Source of the DNA: Deltaproteobacteria bacterium
GTDB lineage: Bacteria > Desulfobacterota > Binatia > UBA12015
NCBI GenBank assembly: GCA_046583355.1
Contig: JAYGCM010000063.1
Span: forward strand, 32,001 to 96,000
Length of the DNA stretch: 64,000 nucleotides
Direction of reading: 5' to 3'
A program made the translations under genes and the position numbers. The notes under the pieces were generated by a model. The model saw nothing but the letters and a program-made list of their open reading frames with translations. It ran no database searches and was not told where the DNA came from. This document shows, piece after piece, positions 1 to 11,719 of this stretch. Numbering within the stretch: the first letter of the stretch is position 1; every line of letters begins with the position of its first letter.

Positions 1-260
1 GCAAGAACCCCAACGATCAGGTCGACCTGCACTTGCGGTGCAAGGTCGCTCTCAAGCAGAAGCACTTCCTCGCCCGAGACGCGGCATAGGCCGCTGCGCA
101 CCGAGTAGCCAACCTCACGCTTGAGGCGCTCACGGCGCACCCGAATCCCGACGGCTGCGGCGACGTCCTTCAACTCGCGCACCAACGCTTCCAGCTTTTC
201 GTCGCGGCGCCCCGTGCGGCCTCTGCGTGGCCCCGCCACTGCTACCGGCTTCTTGCGCAT
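1..260 (-). CDS. Hypothetical protein, 3' end runs off the window
   Basis: Manual translation from ATG at 260: MRKKPVAVAG...LEALVRELKDVAAAVGIRVRRERLKREVGYSVRSGLCRVSGEEVLLL; open to window edge; divergent from the USP gene. Confidence 0.65.
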   Translation of the reverse strand, partial: MRKKPVAVAGPRRGRTGRRDEKLEALVRELKDVAAAVGIRVRRERLKREVGYSVRSGLCRVSGEEVLLLESDLAPQVQVDLIVGVL

Positions 261-365
261 CCCATGCCTCGCCTTCATCACCATCCACATTGCGATTATC
301 GAGCACCGCGGCTCTTGTAAAGCCCCGGCGACTCGGGAAAAATGAGGGCCGAGGGGAGAATCGCG

Positions 366-1202
366 ATGATCAAGACGATTCTGGTTGGAATTGACGGCTC
401 GGAACATTCCCGAGCGGCCGAAGATTACGCCATCTGGCTAGCGGGGAAACTGGGCGCGACCCTCACCGGCATGCACGTCGTGGATATCGTCGCGATCGAG
501 GGCTCCTTCTTCCATGATATCTCGGGCTCGCTCGGCTTCGAGCCCTATCTCGACTTCACCTCGAAGATGCGCGAGGCATTGCAAGCGCGCGGCAACTCGC
601 TGCTCGAGGATTTCTCCGCCCGCTGCGAGGCTCGCGAGCGCCCCTCCCATACCGCGCTGCAGATCGGAATCGTGCCCACCGAGCTGGCCGAGCGCGCCCG
701 CGAGAGTGACCTCGTGGTGATCGGCCACCGCGGCGTGAACCACAAATTCTCAGCCGGGATGCTCGGCGGGGTCGCCGAAAACCTGATCCGCCAATGCACC
801 AAGCCTGTGCTCGTCACGCCGCAGAAATTCAAGCCGATCGAGTCCCCATTACTCGCCTATGATGGCAGCGAACGGGCCAGTGCCGCGATGGATGCGGCCG
901 CGGCCGTGTGCAGCGAGCTAGGACTCGGCCTTGAGGTTCTGACCGTCGGCACCGACGCCGACAAAACCGCCGAGATCACCGCGGCCGCCGAGCGTTACCT
1001 CAGCTCCTACGCCCTCAAGCTCGAGACGCGCACCATCGACGGCCAAGCCTACGAGGCGATCCCCAAGCGGGTCAGCGAAGCGGGCCACGACCTGGTCTTC
1101 ATGGGCTCGCATGGTCACAGTCGTATCATCGAGTTCGTCCTCGGCAGCACCACCGAGTACGTCCTGCGCAATATCGCCTGCCCGGTATTTCTCAGCCGCT
1201 GA
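366..1202 (+). CDS. Tandem-domain universal stress protein
   Basis: MIKTILVGIDGSEHS, DLVVIGHRG, LAYDGSERA, DLVFMGSHG...LGSTTEYVL; RBS GGGGAG upstream. Confidence 0.93.
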   Translation: MIKTILVGIDGSEHSRAAEDYAIWLAGKLGATLTGMHVVDIVAIEGSFFHDISGSLGFEPYLDFTSKMREALQARGNSLLEDFSARCEARERPSHTALQIGIVPTELAERARESDLVVIGHRGVNHKFSAGMLGGVAENLIRQCTKPVLVTPQKFKPIESPLLAYDGSERASAAMDAAAAVCSELGLGLEVLTVGTDADKTAEITAAAERYLSSYALKLETRTIDGQAYEAIPKRVSEAGHDLVFMGSHGHSRIIEFVLGSTTEYVLRNIACPVFLSR

Positions 1203-1264
1203 ACCCCGGCCCGAGAGCAAGGCCGGAGGCGAGGCCCGAGAGCAGGGCTTGCGGCAGCGGCCTA

Positions 1265-1954
1265 TTATTGGGCCGCAGGATCGGCTTCGGAGGCCGCGGC
1301 GGATTCCGCCGGGGTTTCCGGTTCGGCAGCGGACGCCACCTCAGGCTTGGATGCAGACGCCGCCTCTGGCTTGGATGCCGCAGCGGCTGCAGTCGAAGAC
1401 CCCGGCGCCTCGCCACCCTGAGAGAGCATCGCGCGGATGCGCTCCTCGATCTCCTTCATGGCCGTCTCCAGCCGCTCGAGCTCGGAGCCGATACCGGTCG
1501 CGTCGCGGAAGCGGTCGAAGGATTCTTTGACGCCCTCATCGATTCGCGTCTGCAGGTCGTCGAGGCTCTTACGTGAGCGCTCAATCGTGTCGAGGAAAGC
1601 ATCGCGGCGCGAGGCTCCCTCGTTGACCAGCGCGCTCACCCGCTCTTCGGCTTTCGCACGGAAATCGTCGATCACCTCAGTTGCCTGCCGGGTGGCATCG
1701 GCGATCGCGTCGCCACTGCCACGGACCAGATCGCGCAGAAGCGGCAGCGACACGAAGCTGCGCTTCTGGCGTTCATCCTCAAGAATGATCTGCGCCAGCG
1801 TCACCGCCGTGAGGTCCTCGCCAGAGACGTTCTCGATGACCTGGACCTCCTCGCCCGCACGGACGAAGCCAGCGACATCATCCAGCGAGACGTAACGGCT
1901 AGTCGCCGTGTCATAGAGTTTGCGATTTGTATAGCGTTTCACGACGCGCGGCAT
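1265..1954 (-). CDS. PhaR-type (PHA synthesis regulator) DNA-binding domain protein with coiled coil and Ala/Ser/Glu/Pro-rich tail
   Basis: N-terminal VKRYTNRKLYDTATSRYVSL...GEDLTAVTLAQIILE is the PHB_acc_N signature. Confidence 0.85.
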   Translation of the reverse strand: MPRVVKRYTNRKLYDTATSRYVSLDDVAGFVRAGEEVQVIENVSGEDLTAVTLAQIILEDERQKRSFVSLPLLRDLVRGSGDAIADATRQATEVIDDFRAKAEERVSALVNEGASRRDAFLDTIERSRKSLDDLQTRIDEGVKESFDRFRDATGIGSELERLETAMKEIEERIRAMLSQGGEAPGSSTAAAAASKPEAASASKPEVASAAEPETPAESAAASEADPAAQ

Positions 1955-2109
1955 CATACACGGCTAGCAGGGGCGCCAAGCCGAGGCCAACCCATTGCGG
2001 GGCGGCCGGCCGGAGGCTCGCTATGACGAATCGGACGCGAGCGGATAGCATCTCACAAATCGCTCTCCGGCTCGCAGACCGAGAAGACGCCAAACCACAC
2101 AGAAGCGTC

Positions 2110-2136
2110 ACAATTTTGCCGGATCGTCAAAATTGT
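2110..2136. promoter_or_regulatory. Inverted repeat ACAATTTTG-N9-CAAAATTGT, candidate enhancer (UAS) for the sigma54 promoter
   Basis: Perfect 9-bp inverted repeat about 120-150 bp upstream of the -24 element; overlapping GTCA-A/T-rich boxes resemble FleQ-type sites. Confidence 0.55.
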
Positions 2137-2167
2137 ACGGGTTTCCCCCAGAATGCACGGAGTCTGC

Positions 2168-2226
2168 TCGGTAAAAACCCCTACAGCATAGGTCTTATAC
2201 CCTATTCGACTAGGGGTTTATACCTA
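2168..2226. promoter_or_regulatory. Three phased 16-bp TAGG-N8-CCTA boxes
   Basis: TCGGTAAAAACCCCTA (2168), TAGGTCTTATACCCTA (2189), TAGGGGTTTATACCTA (2211); spacing 21-22 bp. Confidence 0.65.
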
Positions 2227-2256
2227 TCCCCAATTTTCCTGGTTCAGCGCTCTATA

Positions 2257-2272
2257 TGGCGCAATCCTTGCT
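2257..2272 (+). promoter_or_regulatory. Sigma54 (-24/-12) promoter
   Basis: TGGCGC-AATCC-TTGCT matches the TGGCAC-N5-TTGC consensus with exact spacing. Confidence 0.8.
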
Positions 2273-2336
2273 TTTCCTCTGTACATCGCCTGCCATTGGC
2301 GGCCAGCGCTTGAGAATCCGAGGGGGACATTCGAAT

Positions 2337-3401
2337 ATGAGTCAGCATGATCAGGATACGGTAGCCGCAGGAAGCAAATGGGCGGAGCAACTCGGCCTCA
2401 TCGGGTGTCACCCCAAGATGCAGCGGGTCTTCGAGTTGATCCGTCGCGTCGGTCCCTCCACCGCGCCCGTTTTAATCACCGGCGAAAGCGGCACCGGCAA
2501 GGAGTTGGTGGCGCGTGCCCTGCATGCCTGCTCCAGACGCCAGCGCAAGCATCTGGTTCCAGTCCATTGTGGTGCCACTCCCGAAGAACTCCTGGAGAGC
2601 GAACTCTTTGGTCATGTGAAGGGGGCCTTTACCGGCGCCCTCGCCACGCGCACCGGCCGCTTTGAAATGGCCAACGGCGGCTCGATCTTCCTGGACGAAA
2701 TCGGCGAGATGAGTCCGAGCTTCCAGGTGAAGCTGCTGCGCGTACTCGAAGATGGTAATTTCGACCCGGTCGGCACGACTATATCGCACCATAGCGATGC
2801 GCGCGTCATTGCCGCGACCCACCGCAACCTGCACAAGATGGCCGCCGAGGGCGATTTCCGCGACGACCTGCTCTACCGTCTCGACGTCATCACGATTCAT
2901 ATTCCCGCCCTACGCGAGCATAGCTCGGATATCCCCGCGATCGCCCGGCATATTCTGCGCGGCCTCGAAGCGGATAAGGGAATGGACCATGGCGAGCTGA
3001 CCGACGAAGCAGCCGACCTATTGCAGGCTTATAGCTGGCCCGGCAATGTCCGGGAGCTGCGCAATGTGCTCGAGCGCGCGGTACTGCTCTGCGAAGTACA
3101 GGGCACGCTCGCGGCTTGTGACCTACCCGACCATATAGCCACCGCCTGCCCGACAAACGGCGCTTCGATGGCCAAACGCGCCCTGCGACTCGACCCCGAG
3201 CCGTGGGATTTTGGTCCGGAAGGCGCCGATTTCTACACCGAGCTCGAAGGCTTCGAGAAACGCATGATCGCCCAGGCATTGCGCCTCGCCGGCGGTAGCA
3301 AACGCGAAGCGGCTCGCCTTCTTCAGGTCAACCGCACCACGCTCCTGGAGAAGCTCAAACGCCGTGGCTGGAACTCCGAGCAGCTCATCCAGGCAGCCTA
3401 G
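2337..3401 (+). CDS. Sigma54-dependent enhancer-binding protein (AAA+ plus Fis HTH) with no N-terminal regulatory domain
   Basis: GESGTGKE, GAFTGA, FLDEIGEM, WPGNVRELRN, C-terminal AARLLQVNRTTLLEKLKR; only about 20 aa precede the AAA domain. Confidence 0.92.
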   Translation: MSQHDQDTVAAGSKWAEQLGLIGCHPKMQRVFELIRRVGPSTAPVLITGESGTGKELVARALHACSRRQRKHLVPVHCGATPEELLESELFGHVKGAFTGALATRTGRFEMANGGSIFLDEIGEMSPSFQVKLLRVLEDGNFDPVGTTISHHSDARVIAATHRNLHKMAAEGDFRDDLLYRLDVITIHIPALREHSSDIPAIARHILRGLEADKGMDHGELTDEAADLLQAYSWPGNVRELRNVLERAVLLCEVQGTLAACDLPDHIATACPTNGASMAKRALRLDPEPWDFGPEGADFYTELEGFEKRMIAQALRLAGGSKREAARLLQVNRTTLLEKLKRRGWNSEQLIQAA

Positions 3402-3592
3402 AGGCGCGGCCGAAAAGTAGGGCTTTGCACAGAGGGCGTCGATTGCGGCCGCTGGCAAGGAAGGCGACCGAGCAATGGCCGTAGCCATTGGGAGAGAGCG
3501 TGACGCAGTCCAGCGGCCGCAAGCGGCGCCCGGATGCAGGCCTACTTTTCGGCCGGGCCTCTAGGGGCGCGGCCGAAAAGCAGGGCCTCTAG
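3398..3592. mobile_element. MITE-like element (3398-3564) plus a short extra terminal copy (3561-3592)
   Basis: About 30-bp terminal inverted repeats CTAGAGGCGCGGCCGAAAAGTAGG / CCTACTTTTCGGCCGGGCCTCTAG, CTAG at both ends, nested internal hairpins, no credible ORF. Confidence 0.7.
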
Positions 3593-3610
3593 CCAGCTTC
3601 GGGCGGTCGC

Positions 3611-4654
3611 CTACCACTGATCCGGAAATCCGGTGAAGAGGCTGGGGATCCGCTGTAGGTCCTGGATCAGCTCACGCTGCTCGCCGTCCGGAATCCCGTG
3701 CATCTCCAAGGTCGTACTATCGGTGATGCCCCCGTAGCGGGCGGCGAATTTCGCCGGCAATTCCTCGTAACGGCCGGTCACGGTGAAGGCCTCGAGCACA
3801 TCGTCGGGGATCTCGGCGGCCATCTGCTTCCACTGGCCCTCCTTCGACATCGCATGCAGCTTCATGCCGAGATCCTCCCAGCCGTGGATCTCCAGCACCG
3901 GATGATAACTGCGGGTCGAGCCGTAGAAAGCGACGCGGTAGCGGACCGACTCACGGGCCTTGGCAACAGCCGCATCGTCTTTGCCGGTGGCGAGGAAACC
4001 GCCGCCCCAAACCTCGAAGGTCGAGCGCTCGCGACCGGCAAGCGCCAGCCCTTCGAGTACTTTCGGCATCGCCACCTCATCGACGTACTTCTTGGTCGCA
4101 AAACCGTGCAGGCGAACGCCATCGCAGACACGACCGGCGAGTTTGAGCATCGCGGGCCGCACCGCCGCAATGGTCACAGGGATCGGTGGCAGACCCGAGG
4201 GGGGCGGCATGAACTCCGGGGTCATCAGGGTGAATTGATAATGCTCACCGCGAAAATCGAGCTTTTCTTTTTTCTCCCAGCATCGCCAGATCGCGCGCAA
4301 AGCCTGGACATATTCCCGCATTCGCGGCAGCGGCGGCGTCCAGGGGACGCTGAAGCGGCGCTCATTATGCCCCTTCACCTGGGTTCCCAACCCGAGTGTG
4401 AAACGCCCGCCGGAGTTCGTATGCAGATCCCAGGCGGTATTCGCCACGACCATCGGGCTACGCGGAAAACAGACCGCAATCGCTGTGCCGAGGCGGATTT
4501 TCTCGGTCGCCAGCACGGCTGGAATCAGCGGGGCAAAGGGATCATTGGTGATCTCGAAGCTGAGCAGGCCGTCGTAGCCAAGCGCCTCGGCCCGCACAGC
4601 GGCCGGTGCGACCTTGCGCCAATCGGTGATGGGAACTCCCGTTTCGATCTTCAT
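3611..4654 (-). CDS. LLM-class oxidoreductase, probably F420-dependent (TIGR03617-like)
   Basis: LGTAIAVCFPRSPM, GRFTLGLGTQVKGHNERRFS, FTLMTPEF, AFYGSTRSY. Confidence 0.88.
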   Translation of the reverse strand: MKIETGVPITDWRKVAPAAVRAEALGYDGLLSFEITNDPFAPLIPAVLATEKIRLGTAIAVCFPRSPMVVANTAWDLHTNSGGRFTLGLGTQVKGHNERRFSVPWTPPLPRMREYVQALRAIWRCWEKKEKLDFRGEHYQFTLMTPEFMPPPSGLPPIPVTIAAVRPAMLKLAGRVCDGVRLHGFATKKYVDEVAMPKVLEGLALAGRERSTFEVWGGGFLATGKDDAAVAKARESVRYRVAFYGSTRSYHPVLEIHGWEDLGMKLHAMSKEGQWKQMAAEIPDDVLEAFTVTGRYEELPAKFAARYGGITDSTTLEMHGIPDGEQRELIQDLQRIPSLFTGFPDQW

Positions 4655-4767
4655 ATGCCGTGTTCTGGCATGTCACGACGCGCAGAAAAAGCGCCTCGGT
4701 ATCAGCCGGCGCCATGCCGCGCTCGCCTGATGCCGGGCCATAGCCTCGCGAAGCGGCCGGCCGATAG

Positions 4768-5544
4768 TTGCGCCCTGTGCCGCTTTCTGTCGTAAATTCC
4801 TTTGTGATTCGCACGTCATTTGTCGCCTTCACCCTCCTTTTGGCAAGCCTGCTTCTGGTCGCCTCCGGACCGGGAGTCGCCGACGCACAATTCGGTGGAA
4901 GTGCCGGGGCCTCCGGCCCCGGCGGAGTCGGCGCACAGCCCGGTGGTGGTGGTGGCGGTGGCCGTGACGACCTGACCGAGGAAATGGGCGGCGAATTGCA
5001 AAACGAAGACCCTGCCGTGCGGCTCTTTGCGGTCAAGCAACTCGCGATCTCCAAAGACGAAAATGCCGTTCGATATTTGATCGAAGCCTGCTCGGATACC
5101 GACACGCGCGTACGCCTCAAGGCAATCGACTCACTCGGCACCATGCGCGCCAACGGTGCCACGCCATCGCTCGTACAGATTCTCTATTTGCGCGAAAGCG
5201 AGCCGTGGCTGAAGCAGCGCGTGCTGGTCGCCCTCGGCAAAATCGGCGACGGTCGAGCCGCACGCCCGATCGCCGACCTGATGTCACGCGAGACCGACCT
5301 GCATACCGTCGGCACGGCGATCTTCGCTTTGGGTGAGATCGGCGAAACCACCAGCATTGAACGGCTCGAGGCGATGGCCGAGAAATCCGATAACCCCACC
5401 ATCGACCGCATCGCCGGCGACGCCGTGGCCAAGATCAACCGCCGCAAAATCAACCCGGAAATTGAAATTCTGGCATTGCGGCCCGACCCCAACGAAGTAC
5501 AGCGTCCGGCTTCGGCCGGCGTCGGCAGCCCGCTGGCCTACTAG
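4768..5544 (+). CDS. Exported HEAT-repeat protein
   Basis: Hydrophobic signal region, Gly-rich linker, PBS-lyase-like HEAT repeats ([23 protein letters not shown]); start uncertain. Confidence 0.75.
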   Translation: MRPVPLSVVNSFVIRTSFVAFTLLLASLLLVASGPGVADAQFGGSAGASGPGGVGAQPGGGGGGGRDDLTEEMGGELQNEDPAVRLFAVKQLAISKDENAVRYLIEACSDTDTRVRLKAIDSLGTMRANGATPSLVQILYLRESEPWLKQRVLVALGKIGDGRAARPIADLMSRETDLHTVGTAIFALGEIGETTSIERLEAMAEKSDNPTIDRIAGDAVAKINRRKINPEIEILALRPDPNEVQRPASAGVGSPLAY

Positions 5545-5564
5545 CGCACCAGAAAGGCCATCCA

Positions 5565-7148
<1,584 letters not shown>

Positions 7149-7149
7149 G

Positions 7150-7872
7150 ATGCCGCCGCGCCGACTCATGGCCGCCGCCTGCGCTGCGGCCTGGCTCGCC
7201 TTGCCAGCCGCCGCCAGAGCCGAGCGCTTGGGCTTCTGCAACCCCTGGTTTCCCACACCGGCCGGCGCGCGCTGGGAGTATGAAGAAACCTCGGGTGCCG
7301 GCCGCGCCCGCGCGGTGCGCAGCATCTCGGTCCATAAAGTCGAGAAAACAGCTACCGGCGAGCGAGCCGAGCTGCGCCAAACCGTGCGCGAAGCCAGCCG
7401 GCGCAGCCTCGCGCAGGCCTCGGGCTTGACGGAGTCCGATTGTGTCGCTGGGCGCATCACCCTGACGACCCGCGGCGCGGCCAAGGGCAAGGCCGGTGAC
7501 GCCGAGGCACGGGGACAGATTACCGCGCGCATCCCCGGCCTGCCGCCCGCAACCCAGCTTGTCGTGGGCAGCTCCTGGACCGCCACCAGCCGGATCGAGA
7601 CGACCGAAGGCAATACGCGCATCGTCATCGACGGGCAGCGCGAGAGCCGCGTTGTCTCGCAAGGCCCCGTCGAGGTGCCCGCGGGGAGCTTCGCCAAGGC
7701 AATTGAAATCCGGACACGACAAACACTTTCGCGCAAAGGGGCTGCGGCGGCACACCAGGAGATCCGCGAGTGGTATGTGCGTGGTGTCGGCCTGGTAAAG
7801 CGTGCGACCCGCGTCGCCGGCGGCATGCCCGATACGTCCACCCTCGAGACGCTGCGCCACTTTTCACGCTGA
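7150..7872 (+). CDS. Exported hypothetical beta-rich protein
   Basis: Signal peptide ending AARA; CNPWFP...ARWEY, VEVPAGSF, EWYVRGVGLVK. Confidence 0.7.
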   Translation: MPPRRLMAAACAAAWLALPAAARAERLGFCNPWFPTPAGARWEYEETSGAGRARAVRSISVHKVEKTATGERAELRQTVREASRRSLAQASGLTESDCVAGRITLTTRGAAKGKAGDAEARGQITARIPGLPPATQLVVGSSWTATSRIETTEGNTRIVIDGQRESRVVSQGPVEVPAGSFAKAIEIRTRQTLSRKGAAAAHQEIREWYVRGVGLVKRATRVAGGMPDTSTLETLRHFSR

Positions 7873-7960
7873 GAAACCACCGCGGCCCGGCAACAAAGAC
7901 TTGCCTCGACGCCACCGCGGTCCTATTCTGGACGCGCACCGAGAAACGGATAGCGCAACC

Positions 7961-8464
7961 ATGGCAAGCGACCAGCAGGAAGACCCGCCCAAGCTCATCT
8001 ACATGAGCGAGCATACGCGCCGACGGCGGCGAAACGCGGCGTCCGGCGGTAACAACCCGAGCGAACTTGAGCGAGAAGCGCATTGGCTTGGCCGCGTACT
8101 TCTGGCGACTGCCACAGCGACGACGCTCTATTGGACGGCCTTTCTCCTCGGCATCACCCCGGCTGGCAGCGAAGAGGCCTGGCGCTGGAATGCGTCGATG
8201 TCCGTGGGACATCTCTTCCTCGCCGCGACGGCCGGTATCGGCGGAGCGGCGCTGCTGCGCGCGCCGCATAGCGGCGTCCTATGGGTCGCCTTTGCCGGCG
8301 GCGCAGCGGCCGTCCTCGCGCTCACCGGCTTGCTGCGCGGCCCGATCGCCGGTGAGTGGGCGGCCGTCTCGCGCCTCGAGGTTCTCACGCACGGCTTGCT
8401 TGCGGCTCTCGCCCTCTGGACCGGCTCCTTCCTCGTGCGCAGCGAACACAGCCGCAGCCGCTGA
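7961..8464 (+). CDS. Hypothetical membrane protein (about 4 TM)
   Basis: Four hydrophobic segments; fills the gap between neighbours. Confidence 0.6.
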   Translation: MASDQQEDPPKLIYMSEHTRRRRRNAASGGNNPSELEREAHWLGRVLLATATATTLYWTAFLLGITPAGSEEAWRWNASMSVGHLFLAATAGIGGAALLRAPHSGVLWVAFAGGAAAVLALTGLLRGPIAGEWAAVSRLEVLTHGLLAALALWTGSFLVRSEHSRSR

Positions 8465-8549
8465 CCCGAGCTTCTCGCCAGACGGCGGCTGCGCACGGAG
8501 GCTACGAGTCGACGTTTCGGGCGAGCACTTCGAATGGTAGGCCGAGAAG

Positions 8550-9506
8550 ATGCCGGAAAAAGTCGTCTATATCGTGAGCCATGGACCGCATTGCCTCGAC
8601 GGGGCTGCGGCCGCCGCCAGCATCGCGCGCTTCTACGAGGGCAGTAAGGTCAAGGCTCATTTCCCCTCGAATAAAACAGTCGGCGATACCATCCGCCGTC
8701 TGCATCCGGCCAAAGGCGAGGAGCTCTGGATCACGGATATATCGTGGAACGACGATGCCACTGACGAGCACCTGCGCAAACTCATCGCCAAGGGCGTGAT
8801 CGTCCATTGGATCGATCACCACAAAACAGCGATCGAAAGACTCGAGCGCGGCGGCTACCAACTCGATTTCACGACCAAGATCGTCAGAGATGAGTTCTCA
8901 GCAGCCAAATTGACCTACGATCATCTCGCCGAGATCGGCGGCGAAGATGTCCCTGCGCGCTTCCGGGCGTTCGCCAAGATGGCCGATATCGCGGACGATA
9001 ACGACCGCTGGATCCATGCCATCGAAGGCTCACGCGACCTCGGCTTGGTCCTGCGCGCCCTGCCCGCACGCGAAGGCTATGAGGCCTTCGTCGCGATGGA
9101 CGACGACCTCGGCGACACGCCGGCCATGGCCGAAGCACGCACCCGGGTCAAGCAGGAACTCAAGCGCAACCGCAACCTCGCCAACGATACACGGGTCGAT
9201 CAAAAGCTCGGCGATACGACGCTGACCGCAGCGCTCTGCGATGGCTACTCCGGCGAGATCGCCGACGAATGGGGCCAGAATTGCAAACGCACGGCGTTTG
9301 CCCTCTTTGATGTACGCAGCCGAGCCATGTCGTTTCGCCGCTCGCCCGATTTCGACTTCGACCTCTCGCAACTCGCCGAGGCCTGCGGAGGAGGCGGACA
9401 CCCCGCCGCCTCGGGTGCGAATATCGAGGGACTGCCCGAGGCGCTCGGACGCGTCATCCTGGATGCCATCCGCGAACGCGGCAAAGACCTTCTGCCCGAC
9501 GATTAG
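8550..9506 (+). CDS. DHH/DHHA1 phosphoesterase (NrnB/nanoRNase-like)
   Basis: SHGPHCLDG, ITDIS, WIDHH, GGGGHPAASG. Confidence 0.85.
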   Translation: MPEKVVYIVSHGPHCLDGAAAAASIARFYEGSKVKAHFPSNKTVGDTIRRLHPAKGEELWITDISWNDDATDEHLRKLIAKGVIVHWIDHHKTAIERLERGGYQLDFTTKIVRDEFSAAKLTYDHLAEIGGEDVPARFRAFAKMADIADDNDRWIHAIEGSRDLGLVLRALPAREGYEAFVAMDDDLGDTPAMAEARTRVKQELKRNRNLANDTRVDQKLGDTTLTAALCDGYSGEIADEWGQNCKRTAFALFDVRSRAMSFRRSPDFDFDLSQLAEACGGGGHPAASGANIEGLPEALGRVILDAIRERGKDLLPDD

Positions 9507-9590
9507 AAATCCGCCCGAATAGCGGGCGAGATTGACGCGTCGCCTGCGGCCGGGGACGCTATCGCCCGCCGCGCCAGATGCCGCTGGCCC

Positions 9591-10193
9591 CTATTGGTGG
9601 AGCACGCGGGTCTGCCAGAGGCTTTCGACCGAGGTGCGGAGCGCCGCAAGCGAGCCACCATTCTCAACCAGCACATCGGCGCGGGACCGGCGCTCGGCGT
9701 CGGACATCTGCTTGGCGGCGCGCGCATCGACCGCCTCGGCCGATAGGCCGCGAGCCGAAGCCAGGCGGTCACGAACCTGGCCCGACTCGGCTGCGACAAC
9801 CCAGACTTCGTCGGTCACGGCATCCCAGCCACTGTCGAGAAGAATAGCCGCTTCGAGCACGATCGCGCGCAGATCCGGCTGCAGGCGCGCCGCGGCAATG
9901 CGCGCCTCGACTGTCTGGCGGATCAGCGGGTGCACAATCGAGGTCAGGCGCTGCAATTCGCCTTCCTGCGAAAAGACCTTGGCGCCGAGCTTGGCCCGGT
10001 CGATGCCACCCTTCGCGTCAACGATTTCGGCACCAAAGGCTTCGACCACGGCTCGGAACCCCGCCGTACCGGGTTGGTAAACTTCGTGGCCGACCTTGTC
10101 GGCGTCAATGATTTCCGCGCCGAGTTCCTGCAAAATTCCGGCAACGACGCTCTTGCCTGCGCCGATGCCGCCGGTCAATCCGATGACGATCAT
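9591..10193 (-). CDS. coaE: Dephospho-CoA kinase
   Basis: IGLTGGIGAGKS, IIDAD, IDRAKLG, IVHPLIR. Confidence 0.95.
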   Translation of the reverse strand: MIVIGLTGGIGAGKSVVAGILQELGAEIIDADKVGHEVYQPGTAGFRAVVEAFGAEIVDAKGGIDRAKLGAKVFSQEGELQRLTSIVHPLIRQTVEARIAAARLQPDLRAIVLEAAILLDSGWDAVTDEVWVVAAESGQVRDRLASARGLSAEAVDARAAKQMSDAERRSRADVLVENGGSLAALRTSVESLWQTRVLHQ

Positions 10194-10250
10194 GGCGCGC
10201 CTTTAGCCGCTTCCCGCCAGCACGTCACGCTCCTGCTCAACGCGCCCGCG

Positions 10251-11543
10251 TTAAGGCGTGAGACGCTCGATCATCCGCGGGAAGGGAATCGTCTCGCGGA
10301 CGTGGTGCAGACCGCAGAGCCAGGCCACCGTGCGCTCGATGCCGAGGCCGAAACCGGCATGTGGCACGGAGCCATAGCGACGCAAATCAAGGTACCAATC
10401 GAAGGGTGCCGGATCGAGACCATGCTCGTGCAGGCGGGCCTCGAGCGCATCGAGGTCTTCTTCGCGCTGGCCGCCGCCGATGATTTCGCCATAGCCCTCC
10501 GGCGCGAGCACATCGACACAAAGCGCGAGCTTCTCATCTTCGGGGTCGGGCTTCATATAGAAGGCCTTGGCGGCGGCGGGGTAGCGGTGCACGATCAGCG
10601 GACGGTCGAATTTGCTGGCGAGAAAGGTCTCCTCCTCAGCACCGAGGTCCTCACCCCATTGCTTGTCGAAGCCGCCTGCCTGCAGGAGTGCCACAGCCTC
10701 GGTGTAGGTCATGCGCGGAAACGGCTTCTGCACACTCTCGAGTTTCGTCAGATCGCGCTTGAGGAGCGTGAGTTCCGTACGCCGCTCCTCAAGCACCTCC
10801 GCAATGATCGTGGTGAGGAAATCTTCGGCCAGATCCATATCGCCAGCCAGATCCATATAGGCCACCTCGGGCTCGAGCATCCAGAATTCCGTCAGATGCC
10901 GACGCGTCTTGGACTTCTCGGCACGAAAGGTCGGGCCCAGGCAATAGACCTTGCCAAGCGCCATCGCAGCCGCCTCCATATAGAGCTGGCCGCTTTGCGT
11001 GAGGTAGGCCGGCTCGCCGAAATAATCGACCTCAAAGAGAGTCGAGGTTCCCTCGCAGGCCGCCGGCGTGAAGATCGGCGCATCGACAAGAGTGAAATCA
11101 CGGGAGTCGAAATAGCGTCGTGACGCCGCGATCACACTCGCCCGCACGCGCAGGATCGCGTGCTGGCGGCCGGAGCGCAGCCAGAGATGACGGCGGTCGT
11201 GCAAGAAGGCCGTGCCATGCTCCTTGGGCGTGATGGGATATTCGCTGGCCGCGGCGACCACCTCGATATGCGAGACCGAGAGCTCGAAGCCGCCGCTGGC
11301 GCGACTATCCGCGCGCACCTCGCCCTGGACCATCACGGAGGTTTCCTGGGTCAGCGTCTTGGCGAGTGCAAAGAGCTCGTCGCCCGCCTCGGGACGAAAG
11401 ACCGTACATTGCATCGAGCCCGATCCGTCGCGGATCTGCAAAAAGACCAGCTTGCCGCTGGCGCGCTTGCCCCGCACCCAGCCGCTGAGCCGAACCGCGG
11501 AACCTTCGAACTCCCCTACATTTTCCACCCGTGCTGCCTGCAT
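10251..11543 (-). CDS. asnS: Asparagine--tRNA ligase
   Basis: [51 protein letters not shown]. Confidence 0.95.
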   Translation of the reverse strand: MQAARVENVGEFEGSAVRLSGWVRGKRASGKLVFLQIRDGSGSMQCTVFRPEAGDELFALAKTLTQETSVMVQGEVRADSRASGGFELSVSHIEVVAAASEYPITPKEHGTAFLHDRRHLWLRSGRQHAILRVRASVIAASRRYFDSRDFTLVDAPIFTPAACEGTSTLFEVDYFGEPAYLTQSGQLYMEAAAMALGKVYCLGPTFRAEKSKTRRHLTEFWMLEPEVAYMDLAGDMDLAEDFLTTIIAEVLEERRTELTLLKRDLTKLESVQKPFPRMTYTEAVALLQAGGFDKQWGEDLGAEEETFLASKFDRPLIVHRYPAAAKAFYMKPDPEDEKLALCVDVLAPEGYGEIIGGGQREEDLDALEARLHEHGLDPAPFDWYLDLRRYGSVPHAGFGLGIERTVAWLCGLHHVRETIPFPRMIERLTP

Positions 11544-11621
11544 ACCGCCGGTTTATGGCCCCTTCGGCCCTGGGGCAAACGCTACGGGCGCCAATGCCGC
11601 AGTGTGCCATGCGATCAGATC

Positions 11622-11673
11622 TTGACTCGCCCCGTACAAACCCCTATTAATTCATACTGAATAGGTCTGATTA
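11622..11673 (+). promoter_or_regulatory. Sigma70-like isc promoter with an overlapping imperfect palindrome (candidate Rrf2/IscR operator)
   Basis: TTGACT-17-TATTAA followed by TAATTCATAC-TGAATAG-GTCTGATTA; AT-rich island. Confidence 0.6.
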
Positions 11674-11719
11674 GTCGGCCAACTGCCCCTTGGCAGATTC
11701 AAGACGGAGCTTTCCCGCC

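Noticed and set aside
4900..4965. GGT/GGC-rich tract
   Set aside because: Encodes the Gly linker of the HEAT protein; not an independent repeat element
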